A DNA stretch of 63,045 nt, filler included, from Octopus bimaculoides (lineage: Eukaryota): NCBI RefSeq assembly GCF_001194135.2. It is 8 parts of 6 records of this genome, joined end to end, with 100 filler letters (N's around TTAATTAATTAA, not from the genome) between each part and the next. Parts side by side here need not be neighbours in the genome. Positions count along the whole stretch, not along the records: positions 1 to 5,978 come from NC_068983.1; positions 6,079 to 15,033 come from NC_068981.1; 6 more parts are not named here. One strand, given 5' to 3'. The notes beneath the pieces were generated by a model that ran no database searches, was not told the DNA's origin, and saw nothing but the letters and a program-made list of their open reading frames with translations. Each line of letters opens with the position of its first letter. Within the stretch, counting starts at the first letter, position 1. The position numbers and the translations under genes were made by a program. This document shows, piece after piece, positions 1-12,657 of this stretch.

Positions 1-268
1 TGTGTGTGTGTGTGTGTTGAGAAAAAAGTCGTCAGAGTTTGGGAAAAAGAACCCTTCTATTTCTTCATTATCATTAGTGCTTTCGTTCCTCTCTAGAACT
101 TCCCAAATACAATTTTGGGAATGTACAAACAGTTTGTACATTTATATAAAACAGATGTTTATATTGAATGTTGTTTAAAAGAGAACGTTGATTTTGCTTT
201 TGTGTGAGGTTCCATGACAATGGAGAGGAATAGATAGAAATATAGGTAGGTATGTACGCTAATAGATG

Positions 269-350
<82 letters not shown>

Positions 351-352
351 CA
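269..352 (+). repeat. (GATA)n tetranucleotide microsatellite (one representative of dozens of CA/TA/TATG/TCTA/GA tracts in the window)
   Basis: Direct tandem GATA units; explains the LSIY-repeat ORFs. Confidence 0.98.
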
Positions 353-2617
353 GATGGATAGAGGGTAAGAGAGAAAGAGAAGGGGTATCAACCTTCCTAT
401 TCACTATTCGTTCATTTATTTAATTATTTTTTACTTTTACCATTGTATTGGAATGAGTTTAAGGATGGGAACGACGTAAAAAAAAAACAAAAACAAAAAA
501 ACAGGTGAGGTTTGGTCATCACTGAAATTCTTTTTGGTTTCTTTCTATTCCTCCTCTATTTTCCCTATTTTCTGCTTTTCTTCTCTTTTACCCTTCTTTT
601 ATTTTCTTTTTCTTCTTTTCCTCATTCCTTTGTCCTTCCATTTTCCTCTTTTCTTTCTTTTTTTCCTCTTTGAGTTATATTTAGTATATATATACCTTCC
701 AAATATTCATTTGTGGATGGAATATTTTGATAATGTGTAGTTTTGCATGAAAATACATTAGTATAATATTTGCAAATTAACAATTTGAAAAATCAATCAG
801 TAAATACGATAAAACGAATATATTTGCAAATATATATGCAGATATGTATATATCATACGAATACAAACGCTTTCTGTTTCTTTAAATACCATTGCGGCAG
901 AAAATATTTAAGGTCTGCATATTCTCAGAATGAGATAAATCTCTTATATAAAGTAAAATTAAACTGTGCAAAGCCATGTGCATTCATATATTTATAAGAA
1001 TTTGCATGTGCTTCTAGCTCCGCAATATCTATGTCCCTTAGGAAAAGAGTGATTTCGAATTTTACGCCATTATTCCATGACATATATTTTGTTTGCTTGA
1101 CTTCCGTTTGATCTTTCCCAATTTGACCTTTATACATTAATCAACAGTTGTTGAGGTTAAACTTGGAAGGAAATTAGTGCAGCAGCGACTGACAACATAG
1201 TCACTGAAATATCTAGTCCATATTTTCTTTATATGGTTTACATACATGCATTTTATCCATGTTTAATTCACATACCATTTACTATTCGGCAGTTGTCTGA
1301 AAACCAGAGATTATAAAATGTTATAATTTGAAATATATAATGCATAACTCTTTCTTTTGTCACAGGAACGTGCAAGTACAGAGTAATGCGATCCGTTGAG
1401 TTTAAAACCATGTAGCCATTGCGTGACGGTACGTAATAAAATTTCTTTGACCTTTTCTCATCATTGTTCCAGAACAGTTTTATCTAGTGTTACAAATATT
1501 CTCTTACATTTCTACACGCTAGTACTTTGATAAGTTTAATCTTTCCTTTGTATTTTCCTGAAACGTCTGTCAAAATATCCAGCTGGATAACTGGCGTCGA
1601 AATTCATTCATGGGTATATCTATTTATTTAAATAATCATTGCATATATATCTTCAAAGGGAACGATAGTCAAAGATACAGAAATTCGTTATAAATCTTTA
1701 CGTCCACAATGGAAAATAATTCGCGTGAGATCAAGTTATACAAGGCAATCACTCTGTGATATTTCAGACTGCATCGATGGGAATAAATTGCATCGCCAGC
1801 GAAATGGTGCATTCAATACTGACAGAGAAGCTAAGTTATGAATTAGGGCACTTGAGTCAATAAAACATTGGAGAAATGCAAAATTAATGTGTAAAAGAAT
1901 AAAGAAATTTCACAAGGAATCTATGAACAAAAATGCAATGCATAGAACTGGATACATAAGAGTAATAATAATAATAAAAAATTCGAACTACTATACTATA
2001 CTATACTAAACAATGAAATTCGATAATGCTTGTGTGAGGCTGCTACTTTCGTGTGGAGGTGCTACCTTCGTGGAGTTCATTTACGAACAAATGTAGGAAA
2101 ATTTAATAAAACGGAGTATGAGTTTTCCACAATATACAATTAGTAGATTACAGTAGATATGGTGAATTAGAACTTTGGGGGAAATAAACGCAATTAGAAA
2201 AGCAATAATATATTTCATTAAATAAGACATTAAGTGATTTTTACCTTCAATCTAACTTCGTTAAGGTAATTGACGGGTACAAAGTAACGAAGGTGTTAAT
2301 TTTTCTGAAAACCAGTTGCTAATTACATTTCAAGTGTAAGTTTTACTTCACCATCGGATCGATTGTTGAGACATCGTATAAGTATAGAATATTAGATTAC
2401 TTATTGTCATGAATACTTAGGATATTGATTAGTGACAATCAAATGAAAAATAATCACTAAAAATAATTCTTATGCTGTAAGAAATTTGAGGAAAATATAT
2501 TGTAACAATATTGCTTGAAAACAGAACTCAAAGCATAAAATTGTCGATTTATTTTAGCGTTTAGGAATGTAAAGGAATATTCCTAGAATTATATAAAACT
2601 GGATATTATTTATCTTT

Positions 2618-2823
2618 TATATTTTATCTTTTATCGTTTACTTGTTTCAGTCATTTGACTGCGGCCATGCTGGAGCACTGCCTTTAGTCGAGCAAATCGG
2701 CCCCAGAGCTTATTCTGTGTAAGCGTATCAGTCTCCTTTGCCGAACCGCTATGTTACGAGTACGAAAGCACACCAGCATCGGTTGTCAAGCGATTTTGAG
2801 GGGACAAACACGGACACACAAAC

Positions 2824-2922
<99 letters not shown>

Positions 2923-3092
2923 CATATACGACGGGCTTCTTCCAGTTTCCATCTACCAAATGCACTCACAAGGCTTCGGTCGGCCTGGGGCTATAGTAGA
3001 AGACACTTGCCCAAGGTGCCACGCAGTCTGATTGAATCCATGACCATGTGGTTGGGAAGGAGGCTACTTATCACACAGCCACTCCTGCGCCT
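2618..3092 (-). mobile_element. tRNA-derived SINE family A, full length, with internal (TA)n/(TG)n tract
   Basis: Minus strand reads AGGCGCAGGAGTGGCTGTGTG (A-box-like), then a B-box region, CTTGGGCAAGTGTCTT, the internal microsatellite and a GCTCCAGCATGGCCGCAGTCAAATGACTGAAACAAGTAAA tail; 8 other copies in window. Confidence 0.9.
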
Positions 3093-3483
3093 GAGAAAAC
3101 TGGTTTTGTAATATCTTATATATGTTTGTTAAAAGAAACATGAAAAATGGAGTTTTCCAGATTTCAGAGATGTAAATATTTCGAGATATACATATATATA
3201 TTCAAAAAGACAGACACATATGAACACATACACACATACACAAACACACACACACATATGTACGCATTATGTTTAATAGTGTACGCAAACGTGAGACATA
3301 CCACATGATCCTACGGAAAAGAAAATGCAAGCTGTACCTAGTCGGTCACGCTGGTAACAGGACATTAAAACAATAACGACAGTCAGAGAGTGGTATTTTA
3401 ATCAAAATAATACTTCAATTTTCTACCATAAATTGTAATTAGTTGATCCGTTGCACACACTCGCGCATTCATGCACACGCACG

Positions 3484-3514
<31 letters not shown>

Positions 3515-3654
3515 ACACACATACACACACACACACACACAAGCACACACACAAGCACAAACACACACAAGCATACACATTTGAAATTAAATATCAAATT
3601 ATTCTTTTCAAAATATCTTACATATATATATCATATATATCTTATATACGGAGA

Positions 3655-4437
3655 AAACAAGGAGAAAAACACGGAGGAAAAAAATTGAATGGTCTTTGGT
3701 CAACGATCTATCATGGCTTCTGTGCTGCCCAAGATCAAGCGCTAAGAACAAACTACATAAAATACAGAATTGACAACTCAGCAGAATGTGATAAGTGCAG
3801 AATCTGTGGACAAAACGGTGAACCGTATGGTATGTTACCAGCCAATGTACGCCAATAGCCGCGAAGGAATATAAGTGACGCCACGAAAATATAGCCAAGT
3901 TTGTCTATTGGACACTCTGTTACAAGTATGAACTTAACAGAGCAAAAATTTGGTACGTCCAGAAACCTGAAAGCATCGTCGAAAATGGAAATGCAAAGGT
4001 CCTATGGGATTTTATGATCCAGTGCGACCATGAGATGGAGAATAAAAGCCGGACATAGTCTGAATTGAGATAAAAAACAAACTATGGTGGATCCTAGATA
4101 TAGCATGCTCATCTGACGACAAGGTATGCGATAAGGAAGAAAGAACAGTGGAGCGATATGACAGGTTAGCTCGGGAAGTTAAGCGGTTGTGGTCGATGAA
4201 AAGGGTAGCAGTAGTACCAATAATAGTCGGAGCCCTGGGAACAGAAAGCAAAAATCTCTAGATGTACGTGGAACAAATAGGGACTGCAATAAGGGTGGAG
4301 CACTCGCAGAAAACACCACTGCTTGGAACTGCTCGAATACTCCGGAAGGTGCTCGAAAATAAGAGGTGTTACCTGGTAGGGAACAGCAAACACTGTAATA
4401 CCTCTCCAGCGTGAGAACCTGTGCAAAGGCAATAAAA
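3655..4437 (+). mobile_element. R4/Dong-clade non-LTR retrotransposon 3' fragment (Zn knuckle + restriction-like endonuclease), pseudogenised
   Basis: Frameshifted translation AAQDQALRTNY..CRICG..C..KEYK.RH..LWDFMIQCD..VPIIVGALGT..LLGTARILRKVLE, followed by 3' UTR ending GTGCAAAGGCAATAAAA. Confidence 0.9.
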
Positions 4438-5978
4438 GAGGCGGCAGAGCCACCATTAGGTCTCTGACAGATGAAGAAGGGCGCGAATTACTCGAGCCTG
4501 AAAGGATGTGCGAGGCCTTTCAACAGCGCTTTGCCAGACTGTTCGGGACAACTGGTGGGTCAGAACGCAGAGTAGACTTTAGTGCCTACCTGCATGGCCT
4601 GGCACGACTCTCAGCAAGAGAGGCGGAGTGTTGTGAAAGACCCATCACATCCGCAGACGTACGGGATGCGATGGCAGNNNNNNNNNNNNNNNNNNNNNNN
4701 NNNNNNNNNNNNNNNNNNNNNNNNNNNNNNNNNNNNNNNNNNNNNNNNNNNNNNNNNNNNNNNNNNNNNNNNNNNNNNNNNNNNNNNNNNNNNNNNNNNN
4801 NNNNNNNNNNNNNNNNNNNNNNNNNNNNNNNNNNNNNNNNNNNNNNNNNNNNNNNNNNNNNNNNNNNNNNNNNNNNNNNNNNNNNNNNNNNNNNNNNNNN
4901 NNNNNNNNNNNNNNNNNNNNNNNNNNNNNNNNNNNNNNNNNNNNNNNNNNNNNNNNNNNNNNNNNNNNNNNNNNNNNNNNNNNNNNNNNNNNNNNNNNNN
5001 NNNNNNNNNNNNNNNNNNNNNNNNNNNNNNNNNNNNNNNNNNNNNNNNNNNNNNNNNNNNNNNNNNNNNNNNNNNNNNNNNNNNNNNNNNNNNNNNNNNN
5101 NNNNNNNNNNNNNNNNNNNNNNNNNNNNNNNNNNNNNNNNNNNNNNNNNNNNNNNNNNNNNNNNNNNNNNNNNNNNNNNNNNNNNNNNNNNNNNNNNNNN
5201 NNNNNNNNNNNNNNNNNNNNNNNNNNNNNNNNNNNNNNNNNNNNNNNNNNNNNNNNNNNNNNNNNNNNNNNNNNNNNNNNNNNNNNNNNNNNNNNNNNNN
5301 NNNNNNNNGCCCTTCTGTATGTATTGACTCTTGAGCCTCTACTGCGGAAGCTGGCGACGGTGAGGGGCATCCCACGAGAGCTGGGATGTGGTACGAGCGT
5401 GTCTGCAGACGCGGACGATGTCACCGTCATAGTGTCGAATCAAAAGCACATCGAGCTGGTCGGCGAGATACTAAAAGAATACGAAGCGGTAACGGAGCAA
5501 AAATTAACCGGGATAAGTCAGTGGGCTTGCTGCTCAGCACCTGGAGAAGCAAGCCCATGCCGTCTAACAGCGTCTCCACTGTGGGACGCTGGACCGACGG
5601 GCCGGTTAAATTGCTCGGAGTCTGGTTCGGTCCGGACCTCCAAGTGGAGAAGAACTGGGGCGAAATAACGACTAGGGTGGTCACACTCACCCGGCAATGG
5701 GCCGAGAGGAAGCTATCCCTAAAAGGTCGGGCGGAGGTGGCGAACGCGTACATTGCATCCGTCATCGAATACCGTCTGACTGTCGTGCCTTGTCCCGACC
5801 TTACCACCACCAAACTGGAACGCATGCTCTTCCGCTTCTTGTGGAAGGGAAGCGTTCCGATGATTAGGCGATCCATTTGCTGTCAACAGCCGTTAAATAG
5901 AGGGCTGGGTATGCCGTGGTTGATGATGTGCAGACATGCGCTGAGACTGCAACATCTCCGGCGCTTCCTAGACGTGTG
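4438..5978 (+). mobile_element. L1/Tx1-like non-LTR retrotransposon ORF2 fragment (RT and post-RT), spans an N gap
   Basis: GC-rich; peptides LTDEEGRELLEPERMCEAFQQRF, ADDVTVIVS, KINRDKSVGL, LLGVWFG, KLSLKGRAEVAN, FLWKG, GLGMP; few disablements. Confidence 0.85.
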
Positions 5979-6022
5979 NNNNNNNNNNNNNNNNNNNNNN
6001 NNNNNNNNNNNNNNNNNNNNNN

Positions 6023-6034
6023 TTAATTAATTAA
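6023..6034. other. Assembly gap spacer TTAATTAATTAA (six-frame stop) in the centre of a 100-bp placeholder gap; artefact
   Basis: Identical 12-mer inside N runs at 6023, 15078, 18847, 24327, 52719, 55123 and 60418; 44 N on each side where counted. Confidence 0.9.
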
Positions 6035-6078
6035 NNNNNNNNNNNNNNNNNNNNNNNNNNNNNNNNNNNNNNNNNNNN

Positions 6079-6120
<42 letters not shown>

Positions 6121-6343
6121 GTGATAATGAAGAGTCAAACTAAATAGTGATATTTTGAAATCATTTAATACGTACGTTTCAGGTATGCATAATATATAGT
6201 AGGAAATGCAACCATTGCGCAAGAACTTCCTGAATTAAAGCATTTCAAAATATAAAGAACTCGGAAAAAGTTCAATATATCAGGAAGTCAATAGATGAGT
6301 AAGTTATAATTCTGGTACTATGCACCACTTTTTCCGTAACAAC

Positions 6344-6395
<52 letters not shown>

Positions 6396-6862
6396 NNNNN
6401 NNNNNNNNNNNNNNNNNNNNNNNNNNNNNNNNNNNNNNNNNNNNNNNNNNNNNNNNNNNNNNNNNNNNNNNNNNNNNNNNNNNNNNNNNNNNNNNNNNNN
6501 NNNNNNNNNNNNNNNNNNNNNNNNNNNNNNNNNNNNNNNNNNNNNNNNNNNNNNNNNNNNNNNNNNNNNNNNNNNNNNNNNNNNNNNNNNNNNNNNNNNN
6601 NNNNNNNNNNNNNNNNNNNNNNNNNNNNNNNNNNNNNNNNNNNNNNNNNNNNNNNNNNNNNNNNNNNNNNNNNNNNNNNNNNNNNNNNNNNNNNNNNNNN
6701 NNNNNNNNNNNNNNNNNNNNNNNNNNNNNNNNNNNNNNNNNNNNNNNNNNNNNNNNNNNNNNNNNNNNNNNNNNNNNNNNNNNNNNNNNNNNNNNNNNNN
6801 NNNNNNNNNNNNNNNNNNNNNNNNNNNNNNNNNNNNNNNNNNNNNNNNNNNNNNNNNNNNNN

Positions 6863-7746
6863 CTCGTTCTGGCCGTCCAGTTGAGTTCGATGAAGAGTGA
6901 TTAAAACAACTTTTGCACGAAAATTCTTGTCAAATAACAAGGGAGCTGACAGAGAAAATGGAATACTCCCACACTGCTATAGAGAAGCATCTTCACTCGA
7001 TGGGAAAGGTTCAGAAGTATGGAGCATGGATTCCGCATGCTTTAAGTGACAACAACAAAAATCAACGAGCCACAATCTCTGCTGGTTTGCTTGCTCGTCA
7101 CCGCTCAGCTCATGGACACAAGCAAGGGATTTCTCTACCGAATCGTGACTGGCAACGAAAAATTCTGCCTGTACATCAATATGAAGCAGCGTAAGGTAAA
7201 GAAGCGACACTGCGCGTGAAACAAGATCTTCATCCTCGTAAAACGATGTTGTGCGTATGGTAGGACTGGGAAGGGATTATCCATTATGAATTGCTTGAAC
7301 GGAACCAACAGGTGGAACGACTCAACGCGGTTATTCAAGAGAAAAGCCCTAATCGGCAGCATGGAGTTCTTCTGCTGCACGACAACGCCCGCCCTCATAT
7401 CGCCAATATGACCAAGGAAGCCATTCAAACGCATGGCTGGGAAGTGCTGCCACACCCGCCGTACTCTCCTGATTTGGCACCAATGGATTTCCACCTCTTT
7501 CGATCTCTTTCAAATGCTATGCGCAGAGTTTCGTTTAAAACTGATGCAGAATTGAGAGCTTGGATCAGTTTTTCGAGTCGAAATCTGGTGATTTCTACCA
7601 ACGTGGTATTGAAAATCTTGAACGTTTGGAAGAAGTTGTAAACAACAAGAGCGAATACATTATTGATTAATTAGTTGTCATTTTTTATTAAACCTTTTAA
7701 AAAAATTAAATAAAAAAAAACGGCGGGAACTTAGTTGCTAACCTAA
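6863..7746 (+). mobile_element. mariner (DD34D) transposon remnant with 3' TIR
   Basis: WIPHAL, IVTGNEK, HDNARPH...YSPDLAPMD (34 residues between 2nd and 3rd D); frameshifts and stops; ends AACTTAGTTGCTAACCTAA|TA. Confidence 0.93.
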
Positions 7747-8464
7747 TATTATACACAGTATGAAACAAAATCTAAGTAAATGTCTGAAAAAAAGCAAAGA
7801 CGTTTAGGACAAACTTATAAAAAATGGCTGTGAAGTTGTTTGCTGTTTGCAATGGAGGTGAGATATATGCTATTGAATTTACAACATTGCTGCAGGCAAA
7901 TGTTAGGTGGTATTTGTCTTTCTGTTCGACAGATGAAAAATTGTTATGGGTTTGTGTCAGAAAAAAACACAAAAGCAAAACGTTTTCCCCTCTCCGCTCT
8001 CTCGCTTTCCTCAAACTCTCAAGTACACACAGGCATAACTAGATATATTCACACATTAAAACCCATACACATAATGCTGCACCATTATTGCTATGTCTGA
8101 AGGTAGCATATTTTCGTTCAGATATCTAAGAGCGTGATTTTATAGTTCATTCACGTCAGAAGTTTTTAAAAAGGAAATTTAGATAATATAATTATTGAAA
8201 TCATAATGGGAACTTTTTGTTAAAAAAATATTGTATTGCATTCTCTTTTCTCTATAATTTTAAGCATCTCCCTAAAGTGTTGAAAAAAACCGCAAATTAA
8301 ACAGTGAAAACTCAAAGGAAACAATATAAAATACAGAAATTTTATACTGTATTATATCGACCCCCACCTCGGAACTCACCCGATAGTTATTATATCAAGC
8401 CTGGATGGTTGAAATGCAAAAAATATTAGGGAAATAACACCAGCAGTGACAACAGCAGCAGTAT

Positions 8465-8502
<38 letters not shown>

Positions 8503-8569
8503 ACAATGATCATGATCACGATCATGATAAAAGAAAAAAACATCAGGTGCAGAGTGAGGCTATCATCAT

Positions 8570-11500
8570 AAAAACACACAGAACATTACCTTACATCAGT
8601 TTATGAGAGACACGATTTTACACAAAAACTCTAGTGATAACAACGTAAATGAAGCTGGACCTTTAAGGGAATGCCTCTCGCTCGACAGTAATTCAATACA
8701 GATGCAGACTGACCTCAGTTGTCATTCTGAGGCAGCATCAGCAGATAATAGAATAAGGAGAAGTGAGTAGGTCGGTGAAAATATTTGGATGGTGATGGAG
8801 TGCTACTTAGAAAGTGAACCTAAAAGAAAGGGCTATAGAAAACGGATGTTAACACTTTGGGTAGAGAAGGGTATGTTTAAAGTGGTTCAGCAGAGACTAG
8901 TAGACTAGGCTAATGCTATCAGAAGTAAGAGGATGACAAAATTGGAGATGGAAGGGGTCACAAGAGAACTGGCAAAGAAAGATCAAGCAATTGAAAAGCC
9001 AAACAACAGCAAGAGATACTGTTCGAACCAAAGAAAAGCCTAAAGGAAAAAAAAGTAATAACACTATCGATCAGGAAGGGACAACTGGCACCAGCTACTT
9101 AAGCAACATCAGTGAGGATGATCAGAAGATTTTAGATGAGTTGAAGAGAGGATTGAGTAAAATTTAAAGAAAATGATTACTAACATTAAGCAAAGTTATG
9201 AATATCTAGGAGAATTAAAATCTGACAGAGTATTAACTATAGAAATGAAAGAGGAAATTGAGAAGGAGTACATCAGGAGGGTGATGAATTTAATGAAGTC
9301 AAAGCTAAATGGTCCGAATCTAGAGAAGACTGTAAATTACTTGTAAATACTCGCTACTTAGCTACTCAGCAGCTTTTTTTAGACTAGACAAAATCCAGAC
9401 ATAGGAGCTAGAAAGGAATTCAATATGAATGGATGACTTCATTCAAGAGCAGGAGTAGAATGATTATATTTATTTATGTTGTCAGTAAGATAAATACTAA
9501 AAATATAGGTGACACTAACTTATTGATTTATGCAGGCGGGGTAGTAGTTACTAGAAAATTAGGTATTCCTCAAGAAAAGAATAGGTGTGAGATGTGGAAA
9601 AGGAGACTACAAACTAAAGTGAAGATTTTAAGATGAGATCTGAGTAGAATAGAAACCTGGAAACAGGACAAGTTAGGAAACACAAGATTTAAATCTTCTC
9701 TTGAGGAAAAAATATACTTAGTCAAAGAAAAAGAATTTGGGATAGTAATGGAAGAATTGAAACAATATATCATAGCAATAGCAGGTACGCTTTCCAGGTA
9801 CTAGGAAAGAATAGATTAGTATCAACAGAATAGATTGCTTGAGACAAATCAAAGAAGATTTTATCGCCAAATAAATAATGTAGAAGAAACTACTGAAGAT
9901 GAGACGCCTAATGCAGAAGAAGCTAGAAAGTTCTGGAGTAATATCTGGGATAAGTCAATTAATCATAATAGAGATGCAGCATAGTTAAAGAAAGTGAAAG
10001 AAGAGGCAATTAGTGAGGAGCAACCAGATTTAAAACTAAACTAACTAGCGCATCAGTGAATAAAGTATTAGAAAGAATGCCGAATTGTAAGGGCCCAGGA
10101 CGAGATTTAGTTCAAGGGTAATGATTAAAGAAACTTAGGAGATTACATGGGAGACTGAGGGAAGAACTTCAAGATAGCCTGAATGGTGGAGTCATACCTA
10201 ATTGGATGAGTAGAGGGAGAACAGTACTCCTTATGGGAGACAAAAACAAGGGCAATGCAGCTTGTAATTATAGACAAATCACTTGCTTACCATTAGTGGG
10301 GAAGCTGTTAAAAGAATGCTCTCAGAAAGCATTTATGAGCACCTTGACAGCCAGAATTTACTACCAGAAGAACAGATGGATTGCAGGGAAAAGGCTAGAG
10401 GATCGCATGATCTATTGTACATAGAGAAATCAGTTCTAAAAAAAGAGAAATCTAGAAAGAAATCTAGAAAGAAAAATGAATTTAATAGTATGGATAGATT
10501 GTAAGAAAGCCTATAACACGATTCCACAGTCATGGATAAGTGAATGTTTGAGAATATTCAGTATTGCATAAGAAAGTTATTTTAGCTATAGCATGAAGAT
10601 ATGAAAGTAGATCTCTACTCAAGTGATACAACATTAGGAAAAGTTAATATCAAGAAAAAAATTTTTCAAGGAGACTCGTCATCCTTTTTAATATTTGTGA
10701 TATGTTTAATATCCCCCAGTTTAGTATTAAGAAAGGCAAAGGTAGGTTATCGGATATAGTAAAGGAAAACTTAACCATTTGCTCTACAAGGATGATCTGA
10801 GGATTTTTAATAACAATAAAAAAGAGATAGATTTCTTAATACAAACTGTAAGACTCTTCAGCAAAGCTACAAGTATGGAATTTAGCATAGATAAGTGCGC
10901 AATATTAGTCATAAAAAGGACAGGTAGTCAGCAATGAGGGCATTCACTTACCAGATGGTTGGACATTAAAATCATAGAAAGAAGGAGAGAGTTATGAATA
11001 TCTAGGAGTATTAAAATCTGACACAATATTAACTATAGAAATGAAAGAGGAAATTGAGAAGGAGTACATCAGAAGGGTGATGAATTTAATGAAGTCAAAG
11101 CTAAATGGTCCGAATCTAGAGAAGACTGTAAATACTTGTAAATACTCGCTACTTAGCTACTCAGAAGCTTTTTTAGACTCGACAAAATCCAGACATAAGA
11201 ACTAGGAAGGAATTCAATATGAATGGATGACTTCATCCAAAAACAGCTGTAGAATGATTATATTTATTCAGAAAGGAAGGTGGTAAATGCTTACTATCAA
11301 TAGAAGACTGTGTGGGATTAGCTGGTGTAGATATAGCCTCCTATGTTGGTAATAACGAGGAAATTGTACCAAGAGCTGCTGCTAGAGTAACAATAGGAGA
11401 CAGGAAAATCAAAAAGCCGAACGTAATTAAAAACTAGATAAAAAGAAGCAAGATTATCTGACTGGCAAGAGAAGGCTTTGCATGGTAGATTTCCAGAGAT

Positions 11501-12230
11501 AGTTGCAGAAAATAGTAATAGTGAGATATGGTTGTGGTTGCATAAGGGAATGCTGAAAATGGAGAGAGAAAGTTTGTTAGCAGAAGTACAAGATCAAGCA
11601 TTGAGGATTAATTGGTTAAAGACCAAGACAAAAAGATCGGGTAAATTCCCAATGTAGGTTATGTAAATAAAAGGCGATAACTGTTACTCATATATAGTTA
11701 ATGAATGTTGTATATTGGCACAGAAAGAATATGAGAGAAGACATTACAGCCTAGGAGAATAATCCACCTGGAGCAATGTAGAAAGCTAGAATTTGACTAT
11801 ATTGATATGTGGTATGAACATGAACCCAGTAAAGTGCTAGAAAATATTAAATATAAGTTGTGTGATTTTAGCATTCAGATTGACAGAGTAATAGGAGCTA
11901 GAAGGCCTGATTTAGTAGTAGTTGTAGACAAAAAGAATAGAAAGTACCTGGTAACTGACATTACAGTCCCAAACGATGAGGAACTCAATATGAGGAGTAT
12001 GGAGAAAGCAACAAAGAACGAAAACCTAGCCATTGAGTTACAGAGGCTATGGAAAGTGCGGGTAAAATGTATCCCTGCAGTTATAGGTGCATTATAAACT
12101 ATTCCTAAAGATTTGAACAGATGGATAGACAAAATAGGCATAAAACCTATCTTAGTGCAGCTCCAGAAAACAGTATTATTAGGGACAGCTAGGATACTTA
12201 GGTGGGTTTTTGACATCTAAGGTTACTTTT
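8570..12230 (+). mobile_element. Near-full-length, heavily decayed R4/Dong-clade RLE retrotransposon
   Basis: N-terminal MECYLESEPKRKGYRKRMLTLW..QQRLVD; RT NYRQITCLP, KKAYNTIPQSWI, FQGDS, LYKDDL (10785-10796); C-terminal ARRPDLVVV..LVTDITVP..PAVIGAL..QKTVLLGTARILR; simple-repeat flanks; 5' boundary approximate. Confidence 0.9.
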
Positions 12231-12603
12231 TGTCGCCCGGTGTTAGGAATTTTCTCCAACAGACTTAATTTGTTGAGGGTATATGAAATACTACTACTAT
12301 CACCACTACCACCACGACCACCACCAGCACCACCACTACTACCTGTGTCCATTGACTCCTTCATTTTATTTTTCTGTTGTGCAATCAATATAAATTAAGT
12401 TGTGTTTGGTGCATTTCACAGCGTACACCAGATGCGAATACTTACAGGATCCACATTCTATATGATTCATAACAATTCTGTTATATTCTTAAGTTTGTCT
12501 CTACAAATTTTCTGCAGAATTCAGAATCAGTACTGAAAGTAACGGCGTTTCGTATATGAATGCGCCTATGTAAACAGCGTTATCGAACTTAGAAAGAATA
12601 TAT

Positions 12604-12657
12604 AATGGGTGTATATACATATTTCAAGAGTTATTTCTCTTTCATCAGCACCGCATT
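12604..12657 (-). ncRNA. Type I hammerhead ribozyme, complete core
   Basis: Minus strand AAUG-C-GGUG / CUGAUGA / AAGAG-AAAUAA-CUCUU / GAAA / UA-UGUA-UA-U / A(17) / CACC-CAUU; all three stems pair. Confidence 0.75.

Noticed and set aside
925-1137. Minus-strand ORF GQIGKDQTEVKQTKYMSWNNGVKFEITLFLRDID
   Set aside because: Protein-like, but no recognisable family and no clean splice donor
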